A stretch of 64,000 nt of DNA from Hyphobacterium sp. (lineage in GTDB: Bacteria > Pseudomonadota > Alphaproteobacteria > Caulobacterales > Maricaulaceae), in assembly GCF_965228115.1 (NCBI RefSeq), contig NZ_OZ245794.1, positions 2,335,926 through 2,399,925 on the forward strand. Direction: 5' to 3'. Below, in pieces: positions 39,688-50,274 of this stretch. The translations under genes and the position numbers were made by a program. Every line of letters starts with the position of its first letter. Position 1 is the stretch's first letter. Under the pieces are notes generated by a model, which saw only the letters and a program-made list of their open reading frames with translations, had not been told where the DNA came from and made no database searches.

Positions 39688-40050
39688 ATGACGCGTGAGG
39701 AATTTGACGACTTTTGCGGCTCGCTCGCCCATACGACCCATGTCGTGCAATGGGGCGATGCCAGCGTCTGGAAGATCGGCGGGAAAATCTTCACGGTCGG
39801 CGGCTGGAACAAGACAGAAGACGCCTTTTGCGTTTCGTTCAAAACCTCCGACATCTCGTTCGAAATCCTGTCCGAACAGCCCGGCTGCCGCCCGGCGCCT
39901 TATCTCGCCTCACGCGGCATGAAATGGATCCAGCGCACGGGCGAGGAAACACTCTCGGATGAGGATCTGAAAACCTACCTCGCCGAGAGCTATCGCATTG
40001 TCGGTACCGGTCTCACCAAAAAGCTTCGGAAAGAACTGGGGCTGACTTGA
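39688..40050 (+). CDS. MmcQ/YjbR-family protein
   Basis: MTREEFDDFCGSLAHTTHVVQWGDASVWKIGGKIFTV is typical of the YjbR family. It is the first gene after the TPP riboswitch. Confidence 0.65.
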   Translation: MTREEFDDFCGSLAHTTHVVQWGDASVWKIGGKIFTVGGWNKTEDAFCVSFKTSDISFEILSEQPGCRPAPYLASRGMKWIQRTGEETLSDEDLKTYLAESYRIVGTGLTKKLRKELGLT

Positions 40051-40745
40051 AGATCGGGTTTTTCATTTTCGAGGGTATGACCCAGCTGGATTTCACCGGC
40101 CCGCTGCAGGTATTGGGGCGAATGCCAGCCTCCGAAGTTTGCGTAATTGCGAGAACACTGGATCCTGTGGGCACGGACGGTGCCCTGACCGTTTTACCTA
40201 CTCACGATATCAACACCGCGCCGGATCTCGATTTGATCTGTGTGCCCGGCGGGTTTGGAATTGCAAGCGTGGCGAAAAGTCAAATCTCGATTGAATTCAT
40301 CCGCCGACAGGCTCTTCATGCCCGCTATGTCACTTCTGTCTGTACAGGCGCACTCATTCTCGGAGCAGCGGGCCTGCTGAGAGGCAAAAAAGCCACGACC
40401 CATTGGGCCTATCACGACCTTCTACCTCTATTTGGCGCTGAGCCAGTGAAGGCACGTGTTGTTCGCGATGGCAACGTGTTCACCGGCGGCGGTGTGACGG
40501 CGGGCATTGATTTTGCCCTGACCATTCTGGCGGAAGTCGCCGGTCCGGATCTTGCCAAGACAGTTCAGCTTGGACTGGAATACAATCCCGCCCCGCCATT
40601 CAATTCGGGCCATCCGGATATAGCCGATCCGGTGGCGCTGGAGGCCGCAAACAGACGTTATGCGCCCGCGCTTGCAGAAACCCGTGCCGCCTTTGAAAAC
40701 TGGTCAGACCCTCGAAACTCCGGGACGAAGTGGGATCGGAAATGA
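40047..40745 (+). CDS. DJ-1/PfpI (ThiJ-type, class-I glutamine-amidotransferase-like) family protein
   Basis: Nucleophile-elbow SVCTGALILGAAGLL and KATTHW. The TTG start overlaps the upstream stop (TTGA). Confidence 0.8.
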   Translation: MKIGFFIFEGMTQLDFTGPLQVLGRMPASEVCVIARTLDPVGTDGALTVLPTHDINTAPDLDLICVPGGFGIASVAKSQISIEFIRRQALHARYVTSVCTGALILGAAGLLRGKKATTHWAYHDLLPLFGAEPVKARVVRDGNVFTGGGVTAGIDFALTILAEVAGPDLAKTVQLGLEYNPAPPFNSGHPDIADPVALEAANRRYAPALAETRAAFENWSDPRNSGTKWDRK

Positions 40746-41194
40746 CAGCATCCAAACCTTTCTTTGGCATTGTTTTGGGTGCGGCGCTGGTTGGCCTTGC
40801 CGCCTGCACTGCGCCAGACGAAACCAACGCTCCACCACCAGCCGAGCCCGTCTCGCTCGATCCGGACGGTCTCCACGCGGTGCTTATCGAAGAAGCGGAC
40901 ACTATCGTGCCTTCGATCTGGCAGACCGGAGAGCCCGCCCCGGAAACCGCGCTGGCCTTCTGGCATGTGCCGCCCACGCTGGATGACATCATCGCCACAT
41001 CGGACTGTACCGCGCTGGACGAGGTGAACACCTATGACTGCACGCTGACTTTGCGGGCCCCCAATTATGATGCCGACGAGGATGAGCGCCGCGATGTCGA
41101 AGCGCTGTTCCGGTTTAATGTCCGCGACAATGAAGACGGCACCTTCACCCTGCTCGACCCGGCCGTGCGCTGGGCGGTGCGGGATGCGGAATAA
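40742..41194 (+). CDS. Lipoprotein of unknown function
   Basis: MTASKPFFGIVLGAALVGLAAC has a lipobox. The ATG overlaps the DJ-1 gene stop (ATGA). Confidence 0.55.
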   Translation: MTASKPFFGIVLGAALVGLAACTAPDETNAPPPAEPVSLDPDGLHAVLIEEADTIVPSIWQTGEPAPETALAFWHVPPTLDDIIATSDCTALDEVNTYDCTLTLRAPNYDADEDERRDVEALFRFNVRDNEDGTFTLLDPAVRWAVRDAE

Positions 41195-43086
<1,892 letters not shown>

Positions 43087-43087
<1 letters not shown>

Positions 43088-43512
43088 TGGATCATAACGC
43101 CGCTTTCGCCGAGCTAAAAAATCTCGTTGGTTCCTGGAAAGGAACCAACGAGGAAGGGGATCCCGTAGAGGTCGCCTTCTCTGTGACCGCCAACGGGAGC
43201 GCTGTTGTTGAAGACTGGACATTTCATAATGGGATGACGGCGCTGACCGTTTACAGCCTTGATGAAGATACGCTTCAGGCTCGGCATTATTGCCCTATCG
43301 GCAACCAGCCTCTGCTGGAGCTGAAAGGCCGGGACAATCAAGGGGCGCTTGTCTTCGAGTTTGTATCTGCACGAAACCTTCCAGATCCGAAAACCGATCA
43401 TAACCGGGCATTTGATATCAGGATGACCGGAAAGGACGAAATGATCCGCAACGAGACCTATCGTGAGAATTTTGTTTCTGAGTCCAATGGCACGCGATTT
43501 AGCCGCGTTTGA
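43087..43512 (+). CDS. 141-aa hypothetical protein translationally coupled to thiC
   Basis: The ATG shares one base with the thiC TGA (TGATG). I recognise no motif beyond a weak G.W...(V/I)E.W pattern. Confidence 0.45.
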
Positions 43513-44234
43513 GCCCGATCGAGCAGAACATATGTAACCTTCCCCTTCTTCTTAGCGAAGAGGGTTGGGAAACTCGGATAACTCAAACTTATCCCCACGC
43601 TCTAATTCCCACCTACAATGCCTCCACCTCACACCTTCATGGAGCAGCAGGCTGCAGGCCGTCTGGAGACTTGGGTGAGAGGGGGATGCCTCGAGTGGGG
43701 GGCGGTGTAACGGAACTTCTTTCTTGTTGCTCCGGGCCATCCGGCCCGTCACTCCTCGCTTAGGCGGGGCAAGCCCGCCACGCTGCGGGCGCCCAAATCT
43801 TGTTAGTATTCTGGCGCGCTTTTGGGGAGGCAATCCTGCGGAGCCTCGGGGCAAGATGGCAAAGAAAACAACTGCCCCGAGTGCTTTCAGCAAAAGTGGG
43901 CACCGGTTTTGCAGTTCGAAAGCACGATACCTAAAGTCAGATAGATGGATCCCCGGATCCCCCGATCGGCGTCGAGGACAGGCAAGTCCGGGGACCTCCG
44001 GAACCGGCCATTATGTGGAGCGCAAGTTCCAGACGGTTCGGCGGGCTGGCGGCAGTCGACTGTGCCATAAGCGGAGCCCGGACAGGCGATAAGACATCCC
44101 GCGCGGGAGGCCTCATAAGCCACCCACATACAAAGTTTTCGGCTTGCGAGATCCCTCCCGCGCGCTGCTTCTTCTGTTTCAAACCTCGCGGTGAAAACCG
44201 GCGGGGGTAATTGGCCTGGTTCGTAACAAATCTA

Positions 44235-44360
44235 CTCGTCACCCTCCGGCTTGACCGGAGGGTCTCAACGACGAGATCGTCCGGTCAAGCCGGACGATGA
44301 CGAAAGGGGGAACGGGTTCACCTTTTCAAATTGAATGGACCCTCGGGTCGAGCCCGAGGG
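44235..44360. repeat. Three REP-like palindromic units: 9-bp, 9-bp and 8-bp stems, each with a 5-nt loop
   Basis: The hairpins are accctccgg-cttga-ccggagggt (44241-44263, extended by ctcgtc/gacgag), atcgtccgg-tcaag-ccggacgat (44276-44298) and ccctcggg-tcgag-cccgaggg (44340-44360). Units 1 and 2 share the core TCCGGCTTGACCGGA in opposite orientation. Confidence 0.65.
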
Positions 44361-44380
44361 ACCCAGAAGATCAAAGGACT

Positions 44381-45163
44381 CTAAGCCCCATCTCCGAACA
44401 TGAAGAGGAAGCCGTTGACTTCGTGTTCCACATCTTCCGGCAGCCAGAACTGGTGGTCCTGTCCGGCGGGTACGAAATAGGCATTGCCGGCCTCAATCCG
44501 GACATCGCGGCCATTGATGCGGCCATAGGCCCATCCTTCGGTCACGATAAAGAGCGACGGAAAAGGATTGGTCTGGGAATCCGGGTTTTCATTCACATGC
44601 TGGCCCGGCCGGATGTTGAAAAAGCCGCTGCGAAAGCCCGGTTGATAGTAAAACACGCCGGCATTGGCGCCATGCGTCATCCGGGTGTGATCACGTCCGA
44701 AGGGAATGATTTCCGGCTGACCGCGATTCCAGAAATGAAAGGCGGTGCCCAACAGATCATTGAGGAAGGTTTCGGTCGGTTGAAAGCCTTCCATTACATC
44801 CATATCCAGCGGTGCCGGATCAGTAGAAAACTCCTTGACCATCGAGGTCAGGCCCGACCATTGCCCGGAGTGAACGGCTTCGACGGCAGCCGCATCGCCG
44901 AAGAAATAATAGGTCGGCGTTTCTGGCATACCGTCGCGCAGGGCCGCCTGGCCCGGTTCTGCGGTGACGGTAAACCAACGGTCATCAATGCGGATACCAA
45001 AGGACTGCGCCTCGGCGACGTAAGGGTCCATCGCATAATCGGCGACGAAATCCTGAAGCAGGTCACGAACGGGATCACTCTGCGCCAACGCGCTGGTGGA
45101 TATCAGGCCGGCGAAGACGGCGGCGGCCAGACATGGGCCCGAGAAAAGGTTTGAGGAATTCAT
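44381..45163 (-). CDS. Secreted cupin-domain protein
   Basis: Signal peptide MNSSNLFSGPCLAAAVFAGLISTSALA and a C-terminal cupin strand pattern NAYFVPAGQDHQFW. An AGGAGG SD precedes ATG 45163. Confidence 0.6.
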   Translation of the reverse strand: MNSSNLFSGPCLAAAVFAGLISTSALAQSDPVRDLLQDFVADYAMDPYVAEAQSFGIRIDDRWFTVTAEPGQAALRDGMPETPTYYFFGDAAAVEAVHSGQWSGLTSMVKEFSTDPAPLDMDVMEGFQPTETFLNDLLGTAFHFWNRGQPEIIPFGRDHTRMTHGANAGVFYYQPGFRSGFFNIRPGQHVNENPDSQTNPFPSLFIVTEGWAYGRINGRDVRIEAGNAYFVPAGQDHQFWLPEDVEHEVNGFLFMFGDGA

Positions 45164-45323
45164 GAGATCCTCCTTTTTGGTTTCAAGCGCCCCCAAGCGC
45201 TAACTAACCGATTGTTTAATTAAAAACAGGTGGGAATGGCAAGTCTTTATTTTATAACATAAAATTGATGAACGAAATTGCATCCAAAACCGAGTGCACG
45301 CGCATCAAACAGGGTTTACCCGA

Positions 45324-45956
45324 TCAATCGGGCTTGAGGCCCCGCGACAGGATTTCACCCATGAATTCAGCAAATTCCTCTGGATCCGGGTTGGAATAAG
45401 GCAACCGTCCATCGGCCTGCAATCCATCCCGGAAGGGTTTGGTGATCCGGAAGAACACCAGCGATCCGATCAGGGCCAGATGCACTTGATGCGGGTCGGC
45501 CTCGCGAAAAACACCCGCCAGCTGGCCGCGTTCCAGGATCATCCGCGTGGTCTGAAAGGTACGCGACAGGCTGGCCGCCGCTTCCGGCCGCATCTGTTGC
45601 TCACCGGACAGATAATCCTGCACCAACAGGCCGGGCAGATAGGGGGCCGCTTCAAATCCGCGTGCCAGCGCCCGGGCAAAGGCCGGCAGGCGGCGCTCAG
45701 GCGGGCGCGCTTCGATGGCCTCGACATCCACCCGCGCCAAAAGGCGGGTCACGCCTTCATCGAGGATGGATTGATAAAGCCCGGTCTTGGAGCCGAAATA
45801 ATAGGAGACCATTGCCTTGTTCAGACCGGTCGCCTCGGCGATCATATCCAGAGAGGTGGCGGCAAAGCCCCTCTCGGCAAACAATCGCGCCCCGGCCTCC
45901 ATCAAAGCAGATCGGGAGGCGGCAGCATTCCGGGACTGGCGGGCTTTACGCGGCAT
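45324..45956 (-). CDS. TetR/AcrR-family transcriptional regulator
   Basis: GFAATSLDMIAEATGLNKAMVSYYFGSK is a TetR_N HTH. Start moved to ATG 45956. Confidence 0.8.
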   Translation of the reverse strand: MPRKARQSRNAAASRSALMEAGARLFAERGFAATSLDMIAEATGLNKAMVSYYFGSKTGLYQSILDEGVTRLLARVDVEAIEARPPERRLPAFARALARGFEAAPYLPGLLVQDYLSGEQQMRPEAAASLSRTFQTTRMILERGQLAGVFREADPHQVHLALIGSLVFFRITKPFRDGLQADGRLPYSNPDPEEFAEFMGEILSRGLKPD

Positions 45957-46112
45957 GGCAAAACCTTGCCGCAAGACCCCTCCCAAAACAATCATCGGAA
46001 CAAGGGGGATGTGCGCGGCGTATATTCCCCTAGCATCACAACGCCGTGAAACCCTAGTATTTCCCAAACCCGCTCACTAACTAGGGCCAAGGTTAGATTT
46101 AAGGGGACGGAT

Positions 46113-47009
46113 ATGGCGAACGCCATGACATTGTCGCTTTCTCCCGAAGACGGGCTGAACCGGTATCTCTCGGAGATCCGGAAATTTCCCATGCTTGAAA
46201 AGGAAGAGGAGTTCATGCTCGCCCGGCGCTGGCAGGAGCATGACGATACCGGCGCGGCTGAAAAGCTGGTCACCTCGCACCTGCGTCTCGTGGCGAAGAT
46301 CGCCATGGGCTATCGCGGCTATGGCCTGCCGATCGCGGAAGTGATTTCCGAAGGTAATGTCGGCCTGATGCAGGCGGTCAAGAAATTCGACCCGGACAAG
46401 GGCTTCCGCCTGGCGACCTATGCCATGTGGTGGATCCGCGCCTCGATCCAGGAATATGTGTTGCGATCCTGGTCGCTGGTGAAAATGGGCACCACCGCTG
46501 CTCAGAAAAAGCTGTTCTTCAACCTTCGCCGCATGAAGTCGAAAATGCAGGCGCTGGATGATGGCGATCTGACCCCGGATCAGGTGGAAGACATCGCAAC
46601 CAAGCTGGGCGTAACGGATGATGATGTCATCTCGATGAACCGCCGCCTGTCCGGCCCGGATGCGTCGCTGAACGCGCCTCTGAAGGCGGCTGAAGGTGAT
46701 GCCGAATGGCAGGATTGGCTGGAAGATGATGACGCCGTCAATCAGGAAGCCGAGCTGGCGGAAACCGATGAGTTCGATCAGCGCATGACGCTGCTGCAGG
46801 ATGCGATGTCTGATCTCAATGATCGCGAGCGTCACATCATTCAGGAGCGCAAGCTTACCGATGAGCCCAAAACGCTCGAAGAACTGGCGGAGGTTTACGG
46901 CGTCAGCCGCGAACGTATCCGTCAGATCGAAGTGCGCGCCTTTGAAAAGCTGCAGATCGCCATGAAAAAGGCGGCCGCCGAGCAAGGCCTGATGGCCGAA
47001 GAGGCGTAA
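46113..47009 (+). CDS. rpoH: RNA polymerase heat-shock sigma factor RpoH (sigma-32)
   Basis: RpoH box AQKKLFFNLRRMK, region 2 GNVGLMQAVKKFDP, and the region 4 HTH. Confidence 0.95.
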   Translation: MANAMTLSLSPEDGLNRYLSEIRKFPMLEKEEEFMLARRWQEHDDTGAAEKLVTSHLRLVAKIAMGYRGYGLPIAEVISEGNVGLMQAVKKFDPDKGFRLATYAMWWIRASIQEYVLRSWSLVKMGTTAAQKKLFFNLRRMKSKMQALDDGDLTPDQVEDIATKLGVTDDDVISMNRRLSGPDASLNAPLKAAEGDAEWQDWLEDDDAVNQEAELAETDEFDQRMTLLQDAMSDLNDRERHIIQERKLTDEPKTLEELAEVYGVSRERIRQIEVRAFEKLQIAMKKAAAEQGLMAEEA

Positions 47010-47070
47010 GCCTCCCTCGACAACTCAAGACGTTCAAACTAGGTCTCGCCCCAGATATGGAGCGGGACCT

Positions 47071-48075
47071 ATGTTTTTGCGCGTAATTCTTGTTGGACTG
47101 GCCTTTGCCATCACCAGCCCGGCCTTCGGTCAGGCGTTGTCTGAGGATTATCGCCGCTTGCTCGCGGCTGCGGCGGAAAGCCAGAGCGATGAAGCGTTTG
47201 CCGAAACTGTTGATCTGATGGCACGCGTTGCCCCGGGTGGTGCGGCCTCGGTGCTGGACGCTCTGGCAGAAATCAACCCACAGCGACTGGTACTGGCAGA
47301 AAATCGTTTCATCGCGGCGGATATCGGCGTGCAACAGATGGTCGATCTGGAATTACCGCCTGCGCCGGCCAGCGAGGACGACGTCCCTATTATGCCCGAG
47401 GCGGAGGCAGACAATGGCTTTGCCTTCCTGCCACCCATTTCCGGTTGGTCAGGCCGGGTGTCTGCGGGCTTGCGGGTGGACTCCGGCAATTCCGATCAAC
47501 AGGATTATTCGCTGGGGCTCGATGTTGAGCGCGATCTCGCCGAATGGGGTTTCACCGGCAGCATTGATTATGCCTATTCCGAATCCGGTGGCGCCACCTC
47601 CCGCGATCAGCTGGGAATTGATGCGCGCGGCGAACGCTCTCTGGGCGATCGCTGGAGTCTTTTCCTCGGCGGAGAGTTTGATCAGGATCAGCTTTCCAGC
47701 TTTGACTATACCGCTTTCCTGAGCGCTGGCGCGGCCTACCGGCCGGCCTTGCCGGAAGACAAGGAATGGGTCCTCCGCGCCGGTCCGGGTATCCGCTATC
47801 TGGTGCCGGTGGTGGGTCAATCGGAAAGCCAGTTTGCGCTGGATCTGGGATCAGAATTCGGTTGGCAGATCACCGAAACCAGCCGTTTTACGTCAGATAC
47901 AACCGTGTTGATTGCGGAATCGGCTCGCGCTGAACAGACCTTCGCCTTCATCACGGCGCTCAGCGAAGCCTGGGCAGTGGAAGCCTCTTGGCGCTACATC
48001 CACGAATTTGAACCGCTCCCCGGTTTTGAGGAGGGCGATTCGCGCTTTGATATTTCGATTGTCCGGGAGTTCTAG
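47071..48075 (+). CDS. DUF481-family (YdiY-like) outer-membrane beta-barrel protein
   Basis: Signal peptide and alternating beta-strand repeats (..GERSLGDRWSLFLGGEFDQDQLSSFDY..). The family call is from memory. Confidence 0.55.
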   Translation: MFLRVILVGLAFAITSPAFGQALSEDYRRLLAAAAESQSDEAFAETVDLMARVAPGGAASVLDALAEINPQRLVLAENRFIAADIGVQQMVDLELPPAPASEDDVPIMPEAEADNGFAFLPPISGWSGRVSAGLRVDSGNSDQQDYSLGLDVERDLAEWGFTGSIDYAYSESGGATSRDQLGIDARGERSLGDRWSLFLGGEFDQDQLSSFDYTAFLSAGAAYRPALPEDKEWVLRAGPGIRYLVPVVGQSESQFALDLGSEFGWQITETSRFTSDTTVLIAESARAEQTFAFITALSEAWAVEASWRYIHEFEPLPGFEEGDSRFDISIVREF

Positions 48076-48081
48076 CTACGC

Positions 48082-48729
48082 CTATTCCGGCTTTTCGTGG
48101 ATCAGCCCGAACAAAAGGCAGAACTGTGCGGCGACATAGCTGATCCAGACGGCTGGCCCGCGCCAGGCGGGATCGTAATTCTGGAACAGATTAAGCGCGA
48201 TCAGCGTATCAGAACCGACAAACAGCAAGGCACCGATCACCGCCAACCAACGCGCTTTTGAGAGCGCAGCCAGCACGGCCATGACGACGATGATGCCGTT
48301 ATAGGCGGTGGCCGGGATAGCCAGGTCGCCCATGCCGGGCTGCATCCATAACAGGATGACCACCCCGGCAATGGCAATGATTGCGGCAAGGACATAGCCG
48401 GTCAGGCCACGAAGGCCCCGCATCCGGATCACCCGCAGGAAAATCCAGCCATAAAGGATGTGCGCCGCCCCAAAGGCGAGAATACCCAGCGTCATTCGGG
48501 CAGGTTCTAGTGCGAGCATGGCATCGCCGACCGCTGAGGCTGCCAGCGCCAGCGCCAGCAGAAAGGCTTGCCGACGGGCCGCATAGATGGCCAGAAAGAC
48601 AATCCCGGAGGCTTTTAGAGCCACCCGCGGATAGCCCTCAACCGGCAATCCGAACTGCGTCAGCAAATAGCCGAGGGCCAACACTGCGGCCCCGCCCAGA
48701 AATAGATATCCCCGCCCGTCAGCCTGCAT
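48082..48729 (-). CDS. YhhN-family lysoplasmalogenase-like membrane protein
   Basis: AVGDAML, FGAAHILY and GALLFVGSDTLIAL motifs, with 7-8 TM helices. It starts 3 nt after the protease stop. Confidence 0.7.
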   Translation of the reverse strand: MQADGRGYLFLGGAAVLALGYLLTQFGLPVEGYPRVALKASGIVFLAIYAARRQAFLLALALAASAVGDAMLALEPARMTLGILAFGAAHILYGWIFLRVIRMRGLRGLTGYVLAAIIAIAGVVILLWMQPGMGDLAIPATAYNGIIVVMAVLAALSKARWLAVIGALLFVGSDTLIALNLFQNYDPAWRGPAVWISYVAAQFCLLFGLIHEKPE

Positions 48730-48732
48730 GCA

Positions 48733-50085
48733 TTATTCCGCCTTGGGTCCGGCCGGAGCAAAGGGGTTGGTGCCGCCACCGGCAAGGCCACTGCCTGGAT
48801 CGCCACCTATACCCGGCTTGACCGGACCGGGTCCACCGGAGGGCCGCCTCGTCTGGCCCAAACGGCCAGACAGGAAGTCCTCATAATAGGGAACCCATTC
48901 GTCCGAGCGGGCGGCAATGTATATGTAGGGGCCGTTCGGGTTGCGCCGGAAATTGGAGTCGGTGGCAACGATGAAATACTCATTGCCCTCGCGGATCATA
49001 AAGGGCGAACCGCTATCCCCGCGTGTTGTATCGCATTCATGTGCCATCGTATTATCGGGATAGATCGTGATCATACGGCAGCGTTCATTGCCAGACAGAT
49101 GCTCACCCGTATCGTGGCTATAGCCGGCCTGGTAGATGTCGGCATTCAGCGCAGCACGATTGCCTGCTTCATTGACCAGCGCGCGTATTCCGACAAAGCC
49201 CAGCTCGTCTCCTAGCCGGCGATCGATGCGGAGCAGCGCCCAGTCCGTTCCATCAATTTCATCCGTCGAAGCATAGCGTTCCGCATTCCAGCCCGGCGAC
49301 ATGAAATGGTCCGTGATCCGCGCCGTTCGGGGCCCGCCGGGCAAACCATAGCCGGTTTCAAATCGGCCGGAATGGTTCACGCCGTTGCTCCCGGCTATGC
49401 AGTGGCCCGCGGTGACCAGCACGTCCGGTCCAATCAGGGTTGCGGTACAGGCTCCACCGCTGTCGAGGTGGATTTGGCCCACCACGACCCAGGGAAAGAT
49501 CGACGTGTCCATGAAAACGCGATCGTCGAACCCGAAATAATGGTCGAATATCGTCAGCGGGCGTTCGCGGCCCAGGCAATCCGCCCGGTCCGTGCGCCGG
49601 GCACAGCTGCCATTGCCACCATGCGCGCGCTCCTGGCAAACACCATCGAAGGCCGTCTCACAGCTATCCGTCTGGAAGCGGAGCGCAACAATATCGCCGC
49701 AATCTGTCGAGTCGGTGCCTTGCACACATGCGCCTGTGCCCAGGCCGGGTTCATCGCATTCATTGTCGTTCGCCCAACGGCAGCTATCGTCCTCTGCGCC
49801 CGTCAGAATGCGCCAGCAGTCGGAATAATCGGTGTTCTCGCGGCAGGCTCCGGTGCCATAGCGCGGATCATCGCATTCATTGTCATTGGCCCACCGGCAG
49901 CTGTCATCGCCCCGGAATTCTGCGGGAACGGGCTGGGTGGTTTGACCGCCCATACCGGGCTTTACCTGAACAATCCGGAGCCAGCGGCTAATTTCATCGG
50001 ACGACAGGTGTGGGTCCGCCTCATCCGCCAACCCCGTTGCGCTGAACGGAATGAAAAGAAAGGCTATCATCGCAAAGATGCGCAT
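48733..50085 (-). CDS. Secreted trypsin-like (S1) serine protease with an N-terminal array of 4-Cys acidic repeats
   Basis: The real start is ATG 50085 (AGGGGA SD; signal peptide MRIFAMIAFLFIPFSATGLA). The catalytic triad contexts are TAGHC, DWALLRI and GDSGSPF. There are three Cys-rich repeats at residues 60-170 and a Gly/Pro-rich tail. Confidence 0.8.
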   Translation of the reverse strand: MRIFAMIAFLFIPFSATGLADEADPHLSSDEISRWLRIVQVKPGMGGQTTQPVPAEFRGDDSCRWANDNECDDPRYGTGACRENTDYSDCWRILTGAEDDSCRWANDNECDEPGLGTGACVQGTDSTDCGDIVALRFQTDSCETAFDGVCQERAHGGNGSCARRTDRADCLGRERPLTIFDHYFGFDDRVFMDTSIFPWVVVGQIHLDSGGACTATLIGPDVLVTAGHCIAGSNGVNHSGRFETGYGLPGGPRTARITDHFMSPGWNAERYASTDEIDGTDWALLRIDRRLGDELGFVGIRALVNEAGNRAALNADIYQAGYSHDTGEHLSGNERCRMITIYPDNTMAHECDTTRGDSGSPFMIREGNEYFIVATDSNFRRNPNGPYIYIAARSDEWVPYYEDFLSGRLGQTRRPSGGPGPVKPGIGGDPGSGLAGGGTNPFAPAGPKAE

Positions 50086-50274
50086 CGAATATCCCCTGAT
50101 CTTGCCTGTCCCTGCACGGCTTGAGCCTAACGGCCCAATCGACACCGGTCTATGACCCAAAAACGGCGAGCGTATGTCTTTGCAGGTTTCCTGAACCGGC
50201 CGTTCAACTTCGATACAGCTTAACTCCGCTAAGCCCCGACCTGCGAATGGGACGTCGCATCTGGAGATTCGAAG

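Noticed and set aside
43513-44380. I considered whether the long spacer is RNase P RNA, two-piece tmRNA, a cobalamin riboswitch (ggtgaaaaccggcggggg at about 44190), a group II intron (gaaccg...cggttc at about 44000-44040) or a retron or omega-RNA.
   Set aside because: On either strand I found no GAGGAAAGUCCGGGC P4 element and no tRNA-like GGUUCGA T-arm or tag ORF. I also found no B12 box or GCCACUG, no domain-V-like 34-mer and no GUGYG end. There is no RT, IscB or TnpB gene nearby, and both flanks are 3' ends, which rules out a leader. It is left as an unassigned structured or repeat region.
48806-48830. A 13-nt match (ccggcttgaccgg) to the REP-like core lies inside the protease coding region.
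   Set aside because: The stem potential is only 4 bp, it is in frame within a Gly/Pro-rich tail, and it is most likely chance.
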